Assembly: GCA_963767925.1 (NCBI GenBank)
Contig: CAVYGB010000008.1
Coordinates: forward strand, 1,376,001-1,440,000
DNA: 64,000 nt
From: an uncultured delta proteobacterium
GTDB lineage: Bacteria; Myxococcota_A; Polyangia; Fen-1088
Reading direction: 5' to 3'
The number at the start of each line of letters is the position of its first letter. Position 1 is the stretch's first letter. Under the pieces are notes generated by a model. It saw only the letters and a list, made by a program, of their open reading frames with translations, did no database searches and was not told where the DNA came from. Positions 1-13,313 of this stretch are shown here, one piece after another. A program made the translations under genes and the position numbers.

Positions 1-484
1 CGAGCTGCTGTACGCGACCGGTCTGCGCGTCTCGGAGCTGGTCCGCCTGCGCTTGCCGGCGATCAACTTCCAGGCGGGCTACCTGGTGGCTCACGGCAAG
101 GGGCGGAAGGAACGGCTGGTCCCGATCGGGGAGGTCGCGCTCGTCTCGCTCTCGTATTACGTGCAGACGGTGCGGCCGCGCCTGCTGCGCCCGGGCGCGA
201 GCGCGCAAGAAGCCGTCTTCCTCACCCGGCTGGCCCGGGCGATGACGCGGCAGTCTTTCTGGAAGCTCCTCGGCGGGCACGCCCGGGCGGCGGGGATCCG
301 CAAGAGCATCTCACCGCACCAGCTCCGGCACTCCTTCGCCACCCACCTCATCGAGCGGGGGGCCGACCTGCGGGCCGTGCAGGCCATGCTGGGGCACGCC
401 GACATCGGCACGACCGAGATCTACACCCACCTCTCCCGCGCCCACCTGCGCAACGTGCACGCGAAGTTTCACCCTCGGCCGTGA
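1..484 (+). CDS. xerD: Site-specific tyrosine recombinase XerD, C-terminal part (5' end outside window)
   Basis: Frame open from position 2: [44 protein letters not shown] (R-H-R-H-Y catalytic residues); TRQSFW segment typical of XerD. Confidence 0.9.
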   Translation, partial: ELLYATGLRVSELVRLRLPAINFQAGYLVAHGKGRKERLVPIGEVALVSLSYYVQTVRPRLLRPGASAQEAVFLTRLARAMTRQSFWKLLGGHARAAGIRKSISPHQLRHSFATHLIERGADLRAVQAMLGHADIGTTEIYTHLSRAHLRNVHAKFHPRP

Positions 485-606
485 CGCGAGCCCCTCGGCG
501 CGACGCATCTAGCCGTGGCGCGCGTTGACGCGCTCCGATCGCGTCGGCTATACCCCATGGGCGTGTCTCGGCTGCTTCCGGCCACGCCCAACCACGGGAA
601 ACGTCT

Positions 607-1272
607 TTGAGCCTTTCCATCGATCTTTGGCGCGAAGTCATCCTCTTCCTCATCGCCCTGATCCTGTCCGTCTCGGTCCACGAGTTCGGGCACGCCTGGG
701 CCGCCACGAAGCTGGGCGATTCGCTCCCCCGCGCGCAGGGTCGCCTGACACTCAACCCGGTCCGCCACATCGATCCGATCGGGACCCTGCTGTTCCCGGT
801 GATCATGGTGCTGGCCCATGTCCCCTTGCTGGGCTGGGGGCGGCCGGTGCAGACCAACCCGTTGAACTACACCCGCCGCTTCAGCCGGGCCACCGGGCAC
901 ATGCTGGTGGCGATCGCGGGGCCGATCATGAACCTGCTCATGGCGATCGGCATCTCGCTGATCGTCGTGGCGGGCAGCAAGGCGGGCTTCATGAGCTGGG
1001 AGCTCGGTGAGACGCTCATCCAGCACCTCGTGCTGCTCAACCTGTCCCTGCTGTTCTTCAACCTCCTACCGATCCCACCCCTCGATGGTGGAGCGGTGCT
1101 CGCCTGGGTCCTCCCCCGGTCCATGCAGGGCGCGATCGAGTTCCTCAACCGCTGGGGGTTCATCATCCTCATCGGCCTCATGATCACCGGGATGCTGGGG
1201 TTCCTCATGGTGCCCGCCGCCCACGTGTCGCGCTGGTGGGTCGAGGCCCTGCGAGGGATCGCCAACCTATGA
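607..1272 (+). CDS. Site-2 protease family (M50) membrane metalloprotease
   Basis: HEFGH zinc motif, NLLPIPPLDG motif, several hydrophobic segments. Confidence 0.92.
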   Translation: MSLSIDLWREVILFLIALILSVSVHEFGHAWAATKLGDSLPRAQGRLTLNPVRHIDPIGTLLFPVIMVLAHVPLLGWGRPVQTNPLNYTRRFSRATGHMLVAIAGPIMNLLMAIGISLIVVAGSKAGFMSWELGETLIQHLVLLNLSLLFFNLLPIPPLDGGAVLAWVLPRSMQGAIEFLNRWGFIILIGLMITGMLGFLMVPAAHVSRWWVEALRGIANL

Positions 1273-2157
1273 AGGAGGCCGCCGGCCCCTCGGCAGACCC
1301 GATGGTGGCCGGCGGGGAGGAAGCCGGCGGGGACATTCCGGCCGGGGCAGCCTACCGGATCGAGCTGCCGGAGTTCGAGGGGCCGCTCGACCTCTTGCTC
1401 CACCTGTGCAAGACCCACGAGCTCGACATCCTGAACATCCCGATTGCCTTCGTGGCGGAAAAGTACGTCGAGTATCTCGAGACCATGCAGGCCATGTCGG
1501 TGGAGATCGCGGCCGAATACCTGGTGATGGCGGCGACCCTCGCTTATCTCAAAGCGCGTGAGCTGGTCCCCGACCCGGAGCCGCTGGAGGGGCAGGGGGA
1601 GGAGGGCGAGGAGGCCCTCGACCCGCGCGAAGAGCTGATCCGGCGGCTGCTCGAGTACCAGAAGTACAAGGACGTCGCCGTCCAGATCGGAGACCGCCCG
1701 GTGGAGGGGCGCAACGTCTTCCGGCGCGGGATCCGGCTCGAGCCCATCGGGGATCGGGGGGAGCTGGCCGAACATTCGGTCTGGAAGCTGATCGAGTCTT
1801 TCGCCGATCTCCTGCGCAAGTCGGGGTCGCGCGTGACCCACGACGTGGTTGTCGATCGGATCTCCCTGAGCGACCGGATCAACCAGATCGTGGACCGGCT
1901 GGAGTCGGGCTCGGGCAGCTTCCGCTTCGACGCCCTGGTCGACCCGAGCTTGCCCGAGGCCGACGTGCGCCACCACCTCGTGGTGAGCTTGCTGGCCATC
2001 CTCGAGCTCGCCAAGCTGCAGGTCATCCGCGTCCTGCAAGACCCGCTGACGGAGGTGTTTTACATCGCCCGCCGCGAAGGCGCCTCGCTGCAGACCGTGC
2101 TGAGCGCCGAGATCACCTCCGACGACAGCCTGGCCGTGCCGCCACCCGGGGATCCCG

Positions 2158-2171
<14 letters not shown>
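1269..2171 (+). CDS. scpA: Segregation and condensation protein A
   Basis: FEGPLDLLLHL, AAEYLVMAATLAYLK, LLAILEL motifs; ATGA overlap with upstream stop. Confidence 0.93.
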
Positions 2172-3294
<1,123 letters not shown>

Positions 3295-3355
3295 ACGGCG
3301 CTCGATCATCGCCGTCGCTGCGCCGGCTGGCGGCAGCGGCTATCTTGGTGCGGAT

Positions 3356-4099
3356 ATGCGACTTCAGAAATACCTGGCCCAGGCCGGCGTGGCTTCGCGG
3401 CGGCGGGCCGAGGAGCTCATCAAGCGCGGTGAGGTCCTGGTCAATGGCGCGGCCGTCTCCCAGCTCGGCTACAAGGTGGATCCGGACAACGATCGGGTGG
3501 AGGTGCAGGGGCGAAAGATCCGGCCGGCGGCGCCCCTCTACCGGCTGCTGCTCAAGCCCCGGGCCTGCCTGTCCACACTCACCGAGACCGGACGCGGCCC
3601 GAGCGGGAGCGGGGACAAGCCCCGCCCGAACCTCAACCGGTATGTCCCCGACCGGGAGATCGGCTGGCAGGTGGTGGCCCCCCTCGACTTCCCGGCCGAA
3701 GGGGTCCTGCTGCTGACCACCGATGGAGAGCTGGCCCAGACCATGGGCCGGGGCGGCGGCAAGGTGCCCATGACCTACCACCTCAAGTACCAGGGCAAGG
3801 TCGGCGACGAGCAGGTCGGACGGCTGCTGCGGGGATGGCGCTGGAACCGCCGGCCCGTCGTGCCGGAGAGCGCGGTGGCGCTCGCCACGACCGGCAAGAA
3901 CACCTGGGTCGAAGTGGTGGTCAAGGAGACCCGGGCCCGCGTGCTGAAGGCCAGCGGCGAGGCGATCGGGAAGTCGGTCCTGAAGATCTCGCGCACCCGG
4001 CTGGGCCCGCTGTCGTTCGAGGGGCTCTCCCTGGGGCAATCGCGCGACCTGTCACGGGCCGAGGTGAATGCCCTGCGCCGCGCTGCCGGCGTGTTGTGA
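3356..4099 (+). CDS. rluB: RluB/RsuA-family pseudouridine synthase-like protein (S4 domain + synthase fold, degenerate motifs)
   Basis: RLQKYLAQAGVASRRRAEELI S4 domain; APLDFPAEGVLLLTTDG aligns to GRLD...GLLLLTNDG; conserved scpA-scpB-rluB order. Confidence 0.8.
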   Translation: MRLQKYLAQAGVASRRRAEELIKRGEVLVNGAAVSQLGYKVDPDNDRVEVQGRKIRPAAPLYRLLLKPRACLSTLTETGRGPSGSGDKPRPNLNRYVPDREIGWQVVAPLDFPAEGVLLLTTDGELAQTMGRGGGKVPMTYHLKYQGKVGDEQVGRLLRGWRWNRRPVVPESAVALATTGKNTWVEVVVKETRARVLKASGEAIGKSVLKISRTRLGPLSFEGLSLGQSRDLSRAEVNALRRAAGVL

Positions 4100-4194
4100 A
4101 GAGGCAGCCAGGGACCCTGGCCGCGACGCGCGTGCGGCGGCGCCTCTTGCTTTTAGTGACCGGCAGTTAGTGCTAGAGATCCGCCGTGAATTCC

Positions 4195-5744
4195 ATGGCA
4201 CGTGCGCTGCTGTCGGTCTCGGACAAGACGGGTCTGGCCGATCTCGCGCAACGGTTGAACAAGCTGGGGGTCGAGCTGCTCTCGACCGGAGGGACCGCCG
4301 CCGCCGTGCGGGCCGCCGGCGTCCCGGTGCGCGACATCACCGACTTCACCGGCGCGCCCGAGATGCTCGACGGGCGGGTCAAGACGCTCCACCCGCGGGT
4401 CCACGGCGGGCTGCTCGGCCGTGACACCGAAGCCCACCGGGCGCAGATGCGCACCGCCGGCATCGAGCGCATCGATCTGGTGGTGGTGAACCTCTATCCC
4501 TTCCGGGAGACGGTGGCCCGCGGCGGCACCTTCGACGAGGTCATCGAGAACATCGACATCGGCGGTCCGGCCCTGATCCGGTCGGCGGCCAAGAACCACG
4601 AGCGGGTGACCGTGCTGGTGGACCCCGCCGATTACCCCCGCGTGCTGACCGCCCTCGAGGAGGGCCGGGAGGTCCCCGCGGCGCTGCGCTTCGAGCTGGC
4701 GCGCAAGGCCTTCGCCTACACCGCCGCCTACGACGGGGCCATCGCCAACCACCTCGGCCGGCTGGAGAAACCGCAGGCCCCGGCGGCGGACTTCGGCGAG
4801 AACCTGCACCTGCACTTCCGGCTGTCGCGGGGGCTGCGCTACGGGGAGAACCCCCACCAGAAGGCGGCGTTTTACGGCCTGCCCGAGGTCAGCGGGCCCT
4901 CGCTGGCCCGGGCGGACGTCCTGCAGGGCAAGGAGCTGTCCTACAACAACCTGCTGGACCTCGACGCGGCGATGAAGCTGTGCGCGGAGTTCAGCGAGCC
5001 GGCGGTGGTCATCGTCAAGCACACCAACCCCTGCGGGGTCGCGGCGCATGTCGAACGAAGGCGTGCTGGGCGCCTACCGCCGGGCGCGCGAGACCGATCC
5101 CGTGTCGGCCTTCGGCGGCATCGTCGCCGTCAACCGCAGCGTCGACGCCGACCTGGCCAAGGAGATGGCCGAGACCTTCCTCGAGTGCGTCATCGCCCCC
5201 GACTTCACCCCGGCGGCGCTGGCGCTGTTCGCGGCCAAGAAGGGGCTCCGGCTCCTGCGGGGAGAGATCGGGCCCGGGCCGGCGAGCGAGCTGGAGTTTC
5301 GCGCGTGGCGGGGGGGCTGCTGGTGCAGACTCGTGACGCCAGCACCCGGGCGGCCTCACTGGGCAAGGTGGTGAGCCGACGACCGCCCACCGAGACGGAG
5401 CTGCGCGATCTGGACTTTGCCTGGCGGGTCGCCAAACACGTCAAGTCGAACGCCATCGTGTTCGCGCCAGGGAGGCGCCACCCTGGGCATCGGCGCCGGC
5501 CAGATGTCGCGGGTCGATTCGGTCCGCATCGCGGTGTCCAAGGCCCGGACGCTCGCTGACGGGGTCGGTGCTGGCCTCCGACGCGTTTTTTCCCTTCCGC
5601 GACGGAGTCGACGAGGCGGCCAAGGCCGGCGTCACCGCCATCGTCGAGCCGGGCGGATCGGTGCGGGACCAGGAGGTCATCGCCGCCGCCGACGAGCGCG
5701 ACATCGCCCTGGTCTTCACCGGCGAGCGGCACTTCCGGCACTGA
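4195..5744 (+). CDS. purH: Bifunctional AICAR transformylase/IMP cyclohydrolase (several apparent frameshifts at ~5048, ~5300, ~5470, ~5555)
   Basis: [78 protein letters not shown] spread over successive frames. Confidence 0.93.
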
Positions 5745-5759
5745 GCGGGACCGGCGACG

Positions 5760-7129
5760 ATGGCCTACCGAATCCTTCTCGTCGGCGCTGGCGGGCGCGA
5801 GCACGCCCTCACCTGGAAGCTGCTGGGCAGCCCGCTTTGCGAGCGCTTGCTGGTGGCCCCCGGCAACCCCGGCATCGCGGCCCACGGCCGGCGGTTCGGA
5901 GAGCGGTTCGCCTGCCGGCCGGTGGCGGGCGGACGACGTGCCAGGCTTGCTGGCCCTGGCCGCGTCCGGAGAAGATCGACCTCGTCGTGTGTGGACCGGA
6001 GGTACCGCTGGCCGCCGGGCTGGGCGACGCCTTCGCCGCGCCGGGGGGTGCGCTTCTTCGGACCCACCCGGGCAGCGGCCGAGATCGAGAGCTCCAAGAG
6101 CTACGCCAAGCAGCTCATGGTGGCGGCCGGGGTCCCCACCGCGGCCCACGGCAGCTTCACCGATCTGGCCGCCGCCGAGGCCTTTATCGCGGCGCAGCGG
6201 GGGCAGGTGGTGGTCAAGGCCGACGGGCTGTGCGCGGGCAAGGGGGTGGTGGTCACCGCCTCGGCCGAGGAGGCGCGACAGGCGGTCCGGGCCATGTTAG
6301 GCGACGGCCGCTTCGGTGAGGCGGGGGCCCGGGTGGTGATCGAGGAGCGGCTGTTCGGGCCCGAGGTCTCGATGATGGCCTTCTGCGATGGCCAGCGGGT
6401 GGCCCTGCTGGCCTCGGCCGAGGACCACAAGGCGGTCTACGACGGCGACCAGGGCCCCAACACCGGGGGCATGGGCGCCTATTCGCCCTCGCCGCTGGTG
6501 GACGAGGCGCTGAGCGCGCGCATCGTGGACACCATCTTCCTGCCCACCGTGCGGGCGCTGGCCGGGGCCGGACGGCCCTTCCGGGGGCTGCTCTACGGCG
6601 GGCTCATGTTGACCGCCGAGGGTCCCAAGGTCATCGAATGGAACTGCCGCTTCGGCGATCCCGAGACCCAGGCGGTGTTGCTGCGCATGCAGGACGATCC
6701 GATCCCCTGGTTGCTGGGCGCCGCTACCGGGGCAGCTGCCCGCCGGGGGCGCCCCGCTTCTCGGAGGAGACCTCGATCTGCGTGGTGCTGGCGGCCGAGG
6801 GGTATCCGGACAAGGTCCGAACCGGCGATCCGATCGCGGGGCTGGCCGCCGACGGGGGCGTCGGTCAGGACCGCGACCGCGACAGCGACAGCGACAGCGA
6901 CGACGGCGTCGCCGTCTTCCACGCCGGGACCCGCGCCGGGCCAGAAGGCACGTCTTTCCTCACCGCCGGGGGCCGCGTGCTGGGCGTGGGCGGCAGCGGA
7001 GCCAGCCTGGCAGCGGCCCGCGAGCGGGTCTACCGGGCCATCGAGGGAATCCGCTGGCCGGGCATTTTTTACCGCAAGGACATCGGGCTGCGCAGCCACG
7101 GCGCGCGTGACCAGAAGAAGGGACCATGA
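5760..7129 (+). CDS. purD: Phosphoribosylamine--glycine ligase (apparent frameshifts at ~5930-6050 and ~6735)
   Basis: [59 protein letters not shown]. Confidence 0.93.
6869..6904 (+). repeat. In-frame hexamer microsatellite (GACCGC)2(GACAGC)3GACGAC inside purD
   Basis: Direct reading; encodes [12 protein letters not shown]. Confidence 0.8.
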
Positions 7130-7624
7130 GCAACCAACCTGACGTAGCGATCATGATGGGCTCCAAGTCGGATCTAGAGACGATGCGACCGGCGGCCGAG
7201 GTCTGCAAAAAGCTGGGCCTGCGCGTGACCGTGCGGGTGCTGTCGGCGCACCGGACGCCCGAACAGGCGGCGGCCTTCGTGCGCGAGGCGAGCGCGGGCG
7301 GCACCAAGGTGTTCATCTGCGGGGCGGGCGGCGCCGCCCACCTGGCGGGCGCGGTGGCGGCCCACACCACCCGCCCCGTGATCGGCGTGCCCATCGCCTC
7401 GGGCAGCCTGCAGGGCTTCGATGCGCTGCTGTCGACCGCCATGATGCCACCCGGGATGCCGGTCGCGACCGTGGCGGTGGGAGGCGCGGAGAACGCCGGC
7501 TTGCTGGCCGCGCAGATCATCGGCGCTGGCCGACCCCGCGCTGGCCGATCGGGTCGCCGCGGAACGGGAAGCCCGCCGCAGCAAGGTCCTCGAGGCCGAC
7601 GCGGAAGTGCGCAAGCAGTTCTAG
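7126..7624 (+). CDS. purE: N5-CAIR mutase PurE (frameshift near 7530; likely true stop TAG 7622-7624)
   Basis: [36 protein letters not shown]. Confidence 0.92.
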
Positions 7625-7647
7625 GGAGCCCTCCGCTGCGCGCGGCG

Positions 7648-8224
7648 ATGGATCTGGCCGAGGCGGTCGGCGTTCTCCGGCGGGGCGGCGTGATCGCCTG
7701 CCCCACCGAGACCTATTACGGCCTCGCCGTCGACGCCCTCAACGCCGAGGCGCTCGAGCGGCTGCTGCGGCTCAAGGGTCGGGGCGCGGAGCGGACCGTC
7801 GGCCTCATCGTGGCGGACCCCGCGATGGCGGAATCCCTGTGCGCCGAGATCCCGCCGCGAGCCCGGCAGCTCATGGCGGCCCACTGGCCGGGCCCCTTGA
7901 CGCTCGTGTTGCCGGCCCGCCCGGGGTTGCCCGCGGCGCTGGTGGCAGAGGGGTGCGTGGCGCTCCGGCAGTCGTCGCACCCGCTGGCGGCCGCGCTCGT
8001 CGCGGCCTGGGGCGGTCCCTCGACGGCCACCAGCGCCAACCGGGCGGGCCAGCCGGCCACCCGCACGGCCGCCGAGGTGCGGGCCGCATTTTCCGAGGCG
8101 CCGCCCGGGGAAGCGCCCTGGGTGCTGCGAGGGCGGCGAGACCGTGGGCGGTCCGCCCAGCACACTGGTCCGCGTGCGCGGCGACCACCTCGAGGTCCTT
8201 CGCCGCGGCGCCGTGGCCATCTGA
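7648..8224 (+). CDS. tsaC: L-threonylcarbamoyladenylate synthase TsaC/Sua5 (YrdC domain; frameshift near 8128)
   Basis: [22 protein letters not shown], then PSTLV...LRRGAV in the shifted frame. Confidence 0.88.
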
Positions 8225-8278
8225 CGCCCAAATCAGGCGCCTTGCAGGCCGGGGATTTCGGGTAGATTCCCGCGCCTC

Positions 8279-9596
8279 ATGGCCGTCATCGCCCCCTTCC
8301 GCGCCCTGCGTTTCGATCCCGCGCGTTACCCCGACGTCGGGCCGCCTCATCGCGCCGCCGTACGACGTGATCTCGGAGGCCGAGCGCGAGGCGCTCGAGC
8401 GCCGGCACGACCGCAACGTTGTCCGCCTGGACCTGCCCCGCGGCGAGGGGGATGCCCGCTACCCGCAGGCCCGCAGCCTGCTCGACCGCTGGATCGAAGA
8501 CGGGACCTTGCGGCTCGACCCCCAGCCCGCGATCTACCGCTACGAGCAGACCTTCCAGTATCCCGCGGATGGCCCGCGTTACACCCGGACCGGCTTCATC
8601 GCCCAGCTTCGCTTGACCCCCTTTGGCGAGGGGGTGGTCTTGCCCCACGAGCACACCCTGTCTGGACCCAAGCTCGACCGGCAAAAGCTGGTCCGGTCCA
8701 CGCGCGCCCACTTCTCCCAGATCTTCACCCTGTACCGGGATCCCGGCGCCGAGACCGAGACGGTCCTCGCCGCGGCCGCCGCCCGACCCGCCGACGTCGA
8801 CACCGTCACCCCCGACGGCTGCCGCCATCGCCTGTGGGTGATCACCGACAAGGGCACAATCGACAGGCTGACCAGCCTGATGGCCCCCAGGCAGGTCATG
8901 ATCGCCGACGGGCACCACCGCTACGAGACCATGGTCTCGCTGCGCGACGAGCTCCGCCCGGCCGGAGTGGCTCCCGGGCAGGCGGCGGCCGACTGGGGAC
9001 CCATCTTCTTCGCCCGGGCCGAGGACCCCGGCCTGCTCGTGTTGCCGACCCATCGGCTGATCCGCAACGTCGCGGCCGAGGTGCTGGCCGCGCTCCTGCC
9101 CCGGGCCGAGACCGCCTTCGAGGTGGTCCCGGGCCCGGAGGCTTCGGCCGCCGAGATCGAGGCGCGCCTCATCGACGAGGGGCAGCGGGCCGTCACCTTC
9201 GGCTGGCGCGAGGCGGGGCGCGCGGGGACCAGCTGGCTGCGGCTCCGCCCCCAGGCCGACCTTTCGCCCCTGGGGCCACCGGCGCTGCAAGGCCTCGACG
9301 TGACGGTGCTGCACGGGCTGATGCTCGGGCCGCTGCTGGGCATCGACCGGGAAGCGATGGCCAAGCAGTCGTTCCTGGCCTATACCCACGACACCGGCGA
9401 GGCGCTCGCCCGACTCGAGAAGGGTGAGGTACAGGGGGCCTTTTTCATGAACCCAACCAGGGTCCACCAGGTGCTCGAGGCCTGCGAGGGCGGCTTCGTG
9501 CTTCCCCAGAAGTCGACCTACTTCCAGCCCAAGCTGGCCACCGGCCTCGTCATGTCGCGCATCGACACGGGCGCCGGCGGAGGCAGCGGGGGGTGA
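8279..9596 (+). CDS. DUF1015 family protein (frameshift near 8340)
   Basis: MAVIAPFRALR start, APPYDVI, PHEHT, IADGHHRY, PQKSTYFQPK. Confidence 0.88.
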
Positions 9597-10336
9597 GTCG
9601 GCCTCCTGACCCTTCGGGGACGGAGGTCACCTTCGACACGCTCCTGCGGGGGCGGGTCAAGCTCATCCAGCCAGCGCGCGGCTTCCGGGCCAGCGTCGAT
9701 CCGGTCCTGCTCTCGGGCTTCGTGGCGGCCCCCCTGGGACGTTTTCTCGACATCGGCTGCGGAACCGGGGCGGTGGCGTTCCTGCTGCTGGCCCGGGACC
9801 CCGAGGCGCGCGGGCTCGGCATCGAGCTGCAGCCGCGGCTGGCGGCCCTCACCAAGACGGCGGTGGCCGAAAACGGCTTCTCGGATCGCTTCGAGCTCCT
9901 CGTGGGGGACGTGCGCCGGGCGCCCTTGCCTCCGGCGAGCTTCGACCTGGTGGTGGCCAACCCACCTTTCCAGCCGCGCGGCCAGGGCGAGCTGCCCCCC
10001 GATCCGGAGCGCTCGATCGCCCACCACGAGGTCGAGCTCACCCTCGGCGAGTGGCTGGACGCGGCCGCCCGGCTGGTGCGCCCCGAAGGGCGCGTTGCGG
10101 CGGTGTTCGCCGCCAGCCGGCTGGCCGAGCTGCTGCTGGCGCTCGCCGCCCGCGGGTTGTGCCCGCTGCGCCTGCGCCCGGTTTATCCGCGCGAGGGGGC
10201 GACCGCCACCCGGGTCCTCGTCGAAGCGCGCCGGCTCGCGGGGCCCCGGCCCCTGATCGTCGAGCCCCCCCTGCTCGTGCACGAGGGCGACGGCTACTCG
10301 GCCGAGGTCCGGCAGCTCCTGGGCGAGGTCGACTGA
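9593..10336 (+). CDS. SAM-dependent methyltransferase, tRNA1(Val) m6A37 TrmN6-like
   Basis: GFRASVDPVLL, LDIGCGTG, NPPF, AHHE motifs. Confidence 0.82.
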   Translation: MSRPPDPSGTEVTFDTLLRGRVKLIQPARGFRASVDPVLLSGFVAAPLGRFLDIGCGTGAVAFLLLARDPEARGLGIELQPRLAALTKTAVAENGFSDRFELLVGDVRRAPLPPASFDLVVANPPFQPRGQGELPPDPERSIAHHEVELTLGEWLDAAARLVRPEGRVAAVFAASRLAELLLALAARGLCPLRLRPVYPREGATATRVLVEARRLAGPRPLIVEPPLLVHEGDGYSAEVRQLLGEVD

Positions 10337-10337
10337 G

Positions 10338-10850
10338 ATGCCGGGGAGGGCACCCCAGGACCTCGGCGACGCGCGCGACCGGTTCCTCGACCGGGGGGCC
10401 CTGGTGCTCGCCACCTGGTTCGGCTGCGGGTTGTCGCCGGTGGCGCCGGGCACGGCGGGGACGCTGGGCGCCCTGCCGCTTTATCTCCTGGTTGCGCCGG
10501 CAGGCCCCTGGGCGGTCGCCCTGGCCGCGCTGGTGATCTCCGCCATCGGCATCGCCGCCTCGGGACGGGTGGCGCGCCGCCGGGGGGTGGAAGATCCCCA
10601 GCTCGTCTGCATCGACGAGGTGGCGGGGGTGCTCGTCGCGCTCACGGCCGCCCGGTTCGAGGTGCTCGACGTCGCGGCGGCGGTGGTCCTGTTCCGGGTC
10701 TTCGACATCTGGAAGCCCTGGCCGGTCCGGCTGCTCGAGCGGCGGCTGCCGGGAGGGTGGGGCATCGTCGGCGACGATCTGGCGGCCGGGCTCTGGGCCG
10801 CCCTGCTCGTGGCGGCCGGCCGGCTGCTCGCCGCCCGGGCCTTCGGCTAG
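10338..10850 (+). CDS. pgpA: Phosphatidylglycerophosphatase A
   Basis: APGTAGT, DPQLVCIDEVAG, FRVFDIWKPWP, GIVGDDLAAG. Confidence 0.92.
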   Translation: MPGRAPQDLGDARDRFLDRGALVLATWFGCGLSPVAPGTAGTLGALPLYLLVAPAGPWAVALAALVISAIGIAASGRVARRRGVEDPQLVCIDEVAGVLVALTAARFEVLDVAAAVVLFRVFDIWKPWPVRLLERRLPGGWGIVGDDLAAGLWAALLVAAGRLLAARAFG

Positions 10851-10854
10851 CGGG

Positions 10855-11709
10855 TCAGGGCTTCAGAGCGGCCTTGGCGGCGTCCCAGAGCTGGTTCTGC
10901 TGATCTGAGTCGAGATCGGAGAAGACCCGACCCTGGCCCTCGGCCTGTTGCTCCATGTGCTCGAACCGTCGGCTGAATCGCCGGGTGGCCTCGGACAGGG
11001 CGCTCTCGGCGTCGACGCCCAGCTTGCGCGAAAAATTGACGAGGGCGAACAGCGTGTCGCCGAGCTCGCGCGCGACCTCCGCCCGGTCGCCGCCAGCCTG
11101 GGCCCGATCCAGCTCGGCCAGCTCCTCGTCGACCTTGCGACGCACGCCCGCTGCGTCCGGCCAGTCGAAGCCGACCGCCGCCGCCTTCTCCCCGGCGCGA
11201 GAGGCCCGGATCAGCGCCGGAGCGCTCCGGGGGATGCCATCGAGCGCCCCCTTGCGCCCGCGGCTGGCCTTCTCCTCGGCCTTGAGCTTGGCCCAGCTCG
11301 CCAGGGCCTGCTCGCTGTTCTCCGCCTTCACCTCGCCGAAGACGTGGGGGTGCCGGCGCACCAGCTTGGTCACGATCCCGAGCGCGACGTCGTCAATGCC
11401 GAAGCGGCCCTCCTGATGGCGGAGCTCGGCCTGGAAGACCACCTGCAACAGCAGGTCCCCCAGCTCCTCCTGGTGGTCCTCGACGCTGCCGTCGGCGACG
11501 GCGTCGATCACCTCGTAGGTCTCCTCGATGAGGTAGGGGATCAGGGTCTCCAGGGTCTGCTCGCGATCCCACGGGCAACCGTTCGCGGCCAGTAGCCGCT
11601 GCATCAGCGCGACGAGCTTGCCTACCTCCGCCCCGGTCTGCTTTCCGGGCAGCGGTCGCAGGTCGGGCAGCGGGGGGACGTTGGGATCGGCCATCTCGCC
11701 GGCGAGCAT
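10855..11709 (-). CDS. mazG: Nucleoside triphosphate pyrophosphohydrolase MazG (start may be 11694)
   Basis: GCPWDREQT, EETYE, EELGDLLLQ, RRHPHVF, GFDW, ELGD tandem MazG domains. Confidence 0.93.
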   Translation of the reverse strand: MLAGEMADPNVPPLPDLRPLPGKQTGAEVGKLVALMQRLLAANGCPWDREQTLETLIPYLIEETYEVIDAVADGSVEDHQEELGDLLLQVVFQAELRHQEGRFGIDDVALGIVTKLVRRHPHVFGEVKAENSEQALASWAKLKAEEKASRGRKGALDGIPRSAPALIRASRAGEKAAAVGFDWPDAAGVRRKVDEELAELDRAQAGGDRAEVARELGDTLFALVNFSRKLGVDAESALSEATRRFSRRFEHMEQQAEGQGRVFSDLDSDQQNQLWDAAKAALKP

Positions 11710-11842
11710 ATCACCGCCGTCGCGACGCGCCCGCCCCGAGGAATACGCTGCCGCCCGCGTTGAAGCGGGCAGGGGCCCATGCTATTTCACTCTGACGTTG
11801 GACACCCGGTTGCCCGAGAAACCAGCCGACTCTCCCGAAGCG

Positions 11843-12837
<995 letters not shown>

Positions 12838-12847
12838 TGTCCGTTCC

Positions 12848-13303
12848 GTGGCGGTGACGACGCTCGTGCGCGGCCGCGCCGCGCAGCTCCTGGAAGCAGG
12901 GGATGCCGCGGCGGTGGCCCGCCGGATCCGGGTGGCCCTGCGCCTGCTGCAGCGGACCCGCTCTACCGCTTCCCTGGTCTTCACCGACGACGAGGAGATC
13001 CGCCGCCTCAACCGGGACTACCGGCGACACGATCGGGCCACCGACGTGCTGAGCTTTCACCTGCAGCCGCTCGCCGGCGAGGCCGACCCGGCCGGGCAGG
13101 GGATCGAGCTGGGGGACATCGTCATCTCGGTGGAGACGGCCCAGCGACGGGCCCCCCGCCGCCGGCTGCGGGCCGAGCTCGAGCGCCTGGCGGTCCACGG
13201 GCTCTGCCACCTGTTCGGCCACGACCACAAGCGGGCCGGGCAAGCCCGGGTCATGTTCGCGCTCGAGCGGCGTTTGCTGCGCCAGCCGGTCGCCCCGGCG
13301 TAA
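12848..13303 (+). CDS. ybeY: rRNA maturation RNase YbeY
   Basis: LNRDYR, TDVLSF, LGDIVIS, HGLCHLFGHDH. Confidence 0.9.
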   Translation: MAVTTLVRGRAAQLLEAGDAAAVARRIRVALRLLQRTRSTASLVFTDDEEIRRLNRDYRRHDRATDVLSFHLQPLAGEADPAGQGIELGDIVISVETAQRRAPRRRLRAELERLAVHGLCHLFGHDHKRAGQARVMFALERRLLRQPVAPA

Positions 13304-13313
13304 GCTCACCCCC

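Noticed and set aside
1..484. Tyrosine recombinase as a prophage or island integrase
   Set aside because: Sequence and neighbours (scpAB) fit chromosomal XerD; no phage genes nearby
7126..8265. PurE-TsaC fusion in the ORF track
   Set aside because: A frame slip near 7530 hides a natural PurE helix ending at TAG 7624; tsaC has its own ATG at 7648
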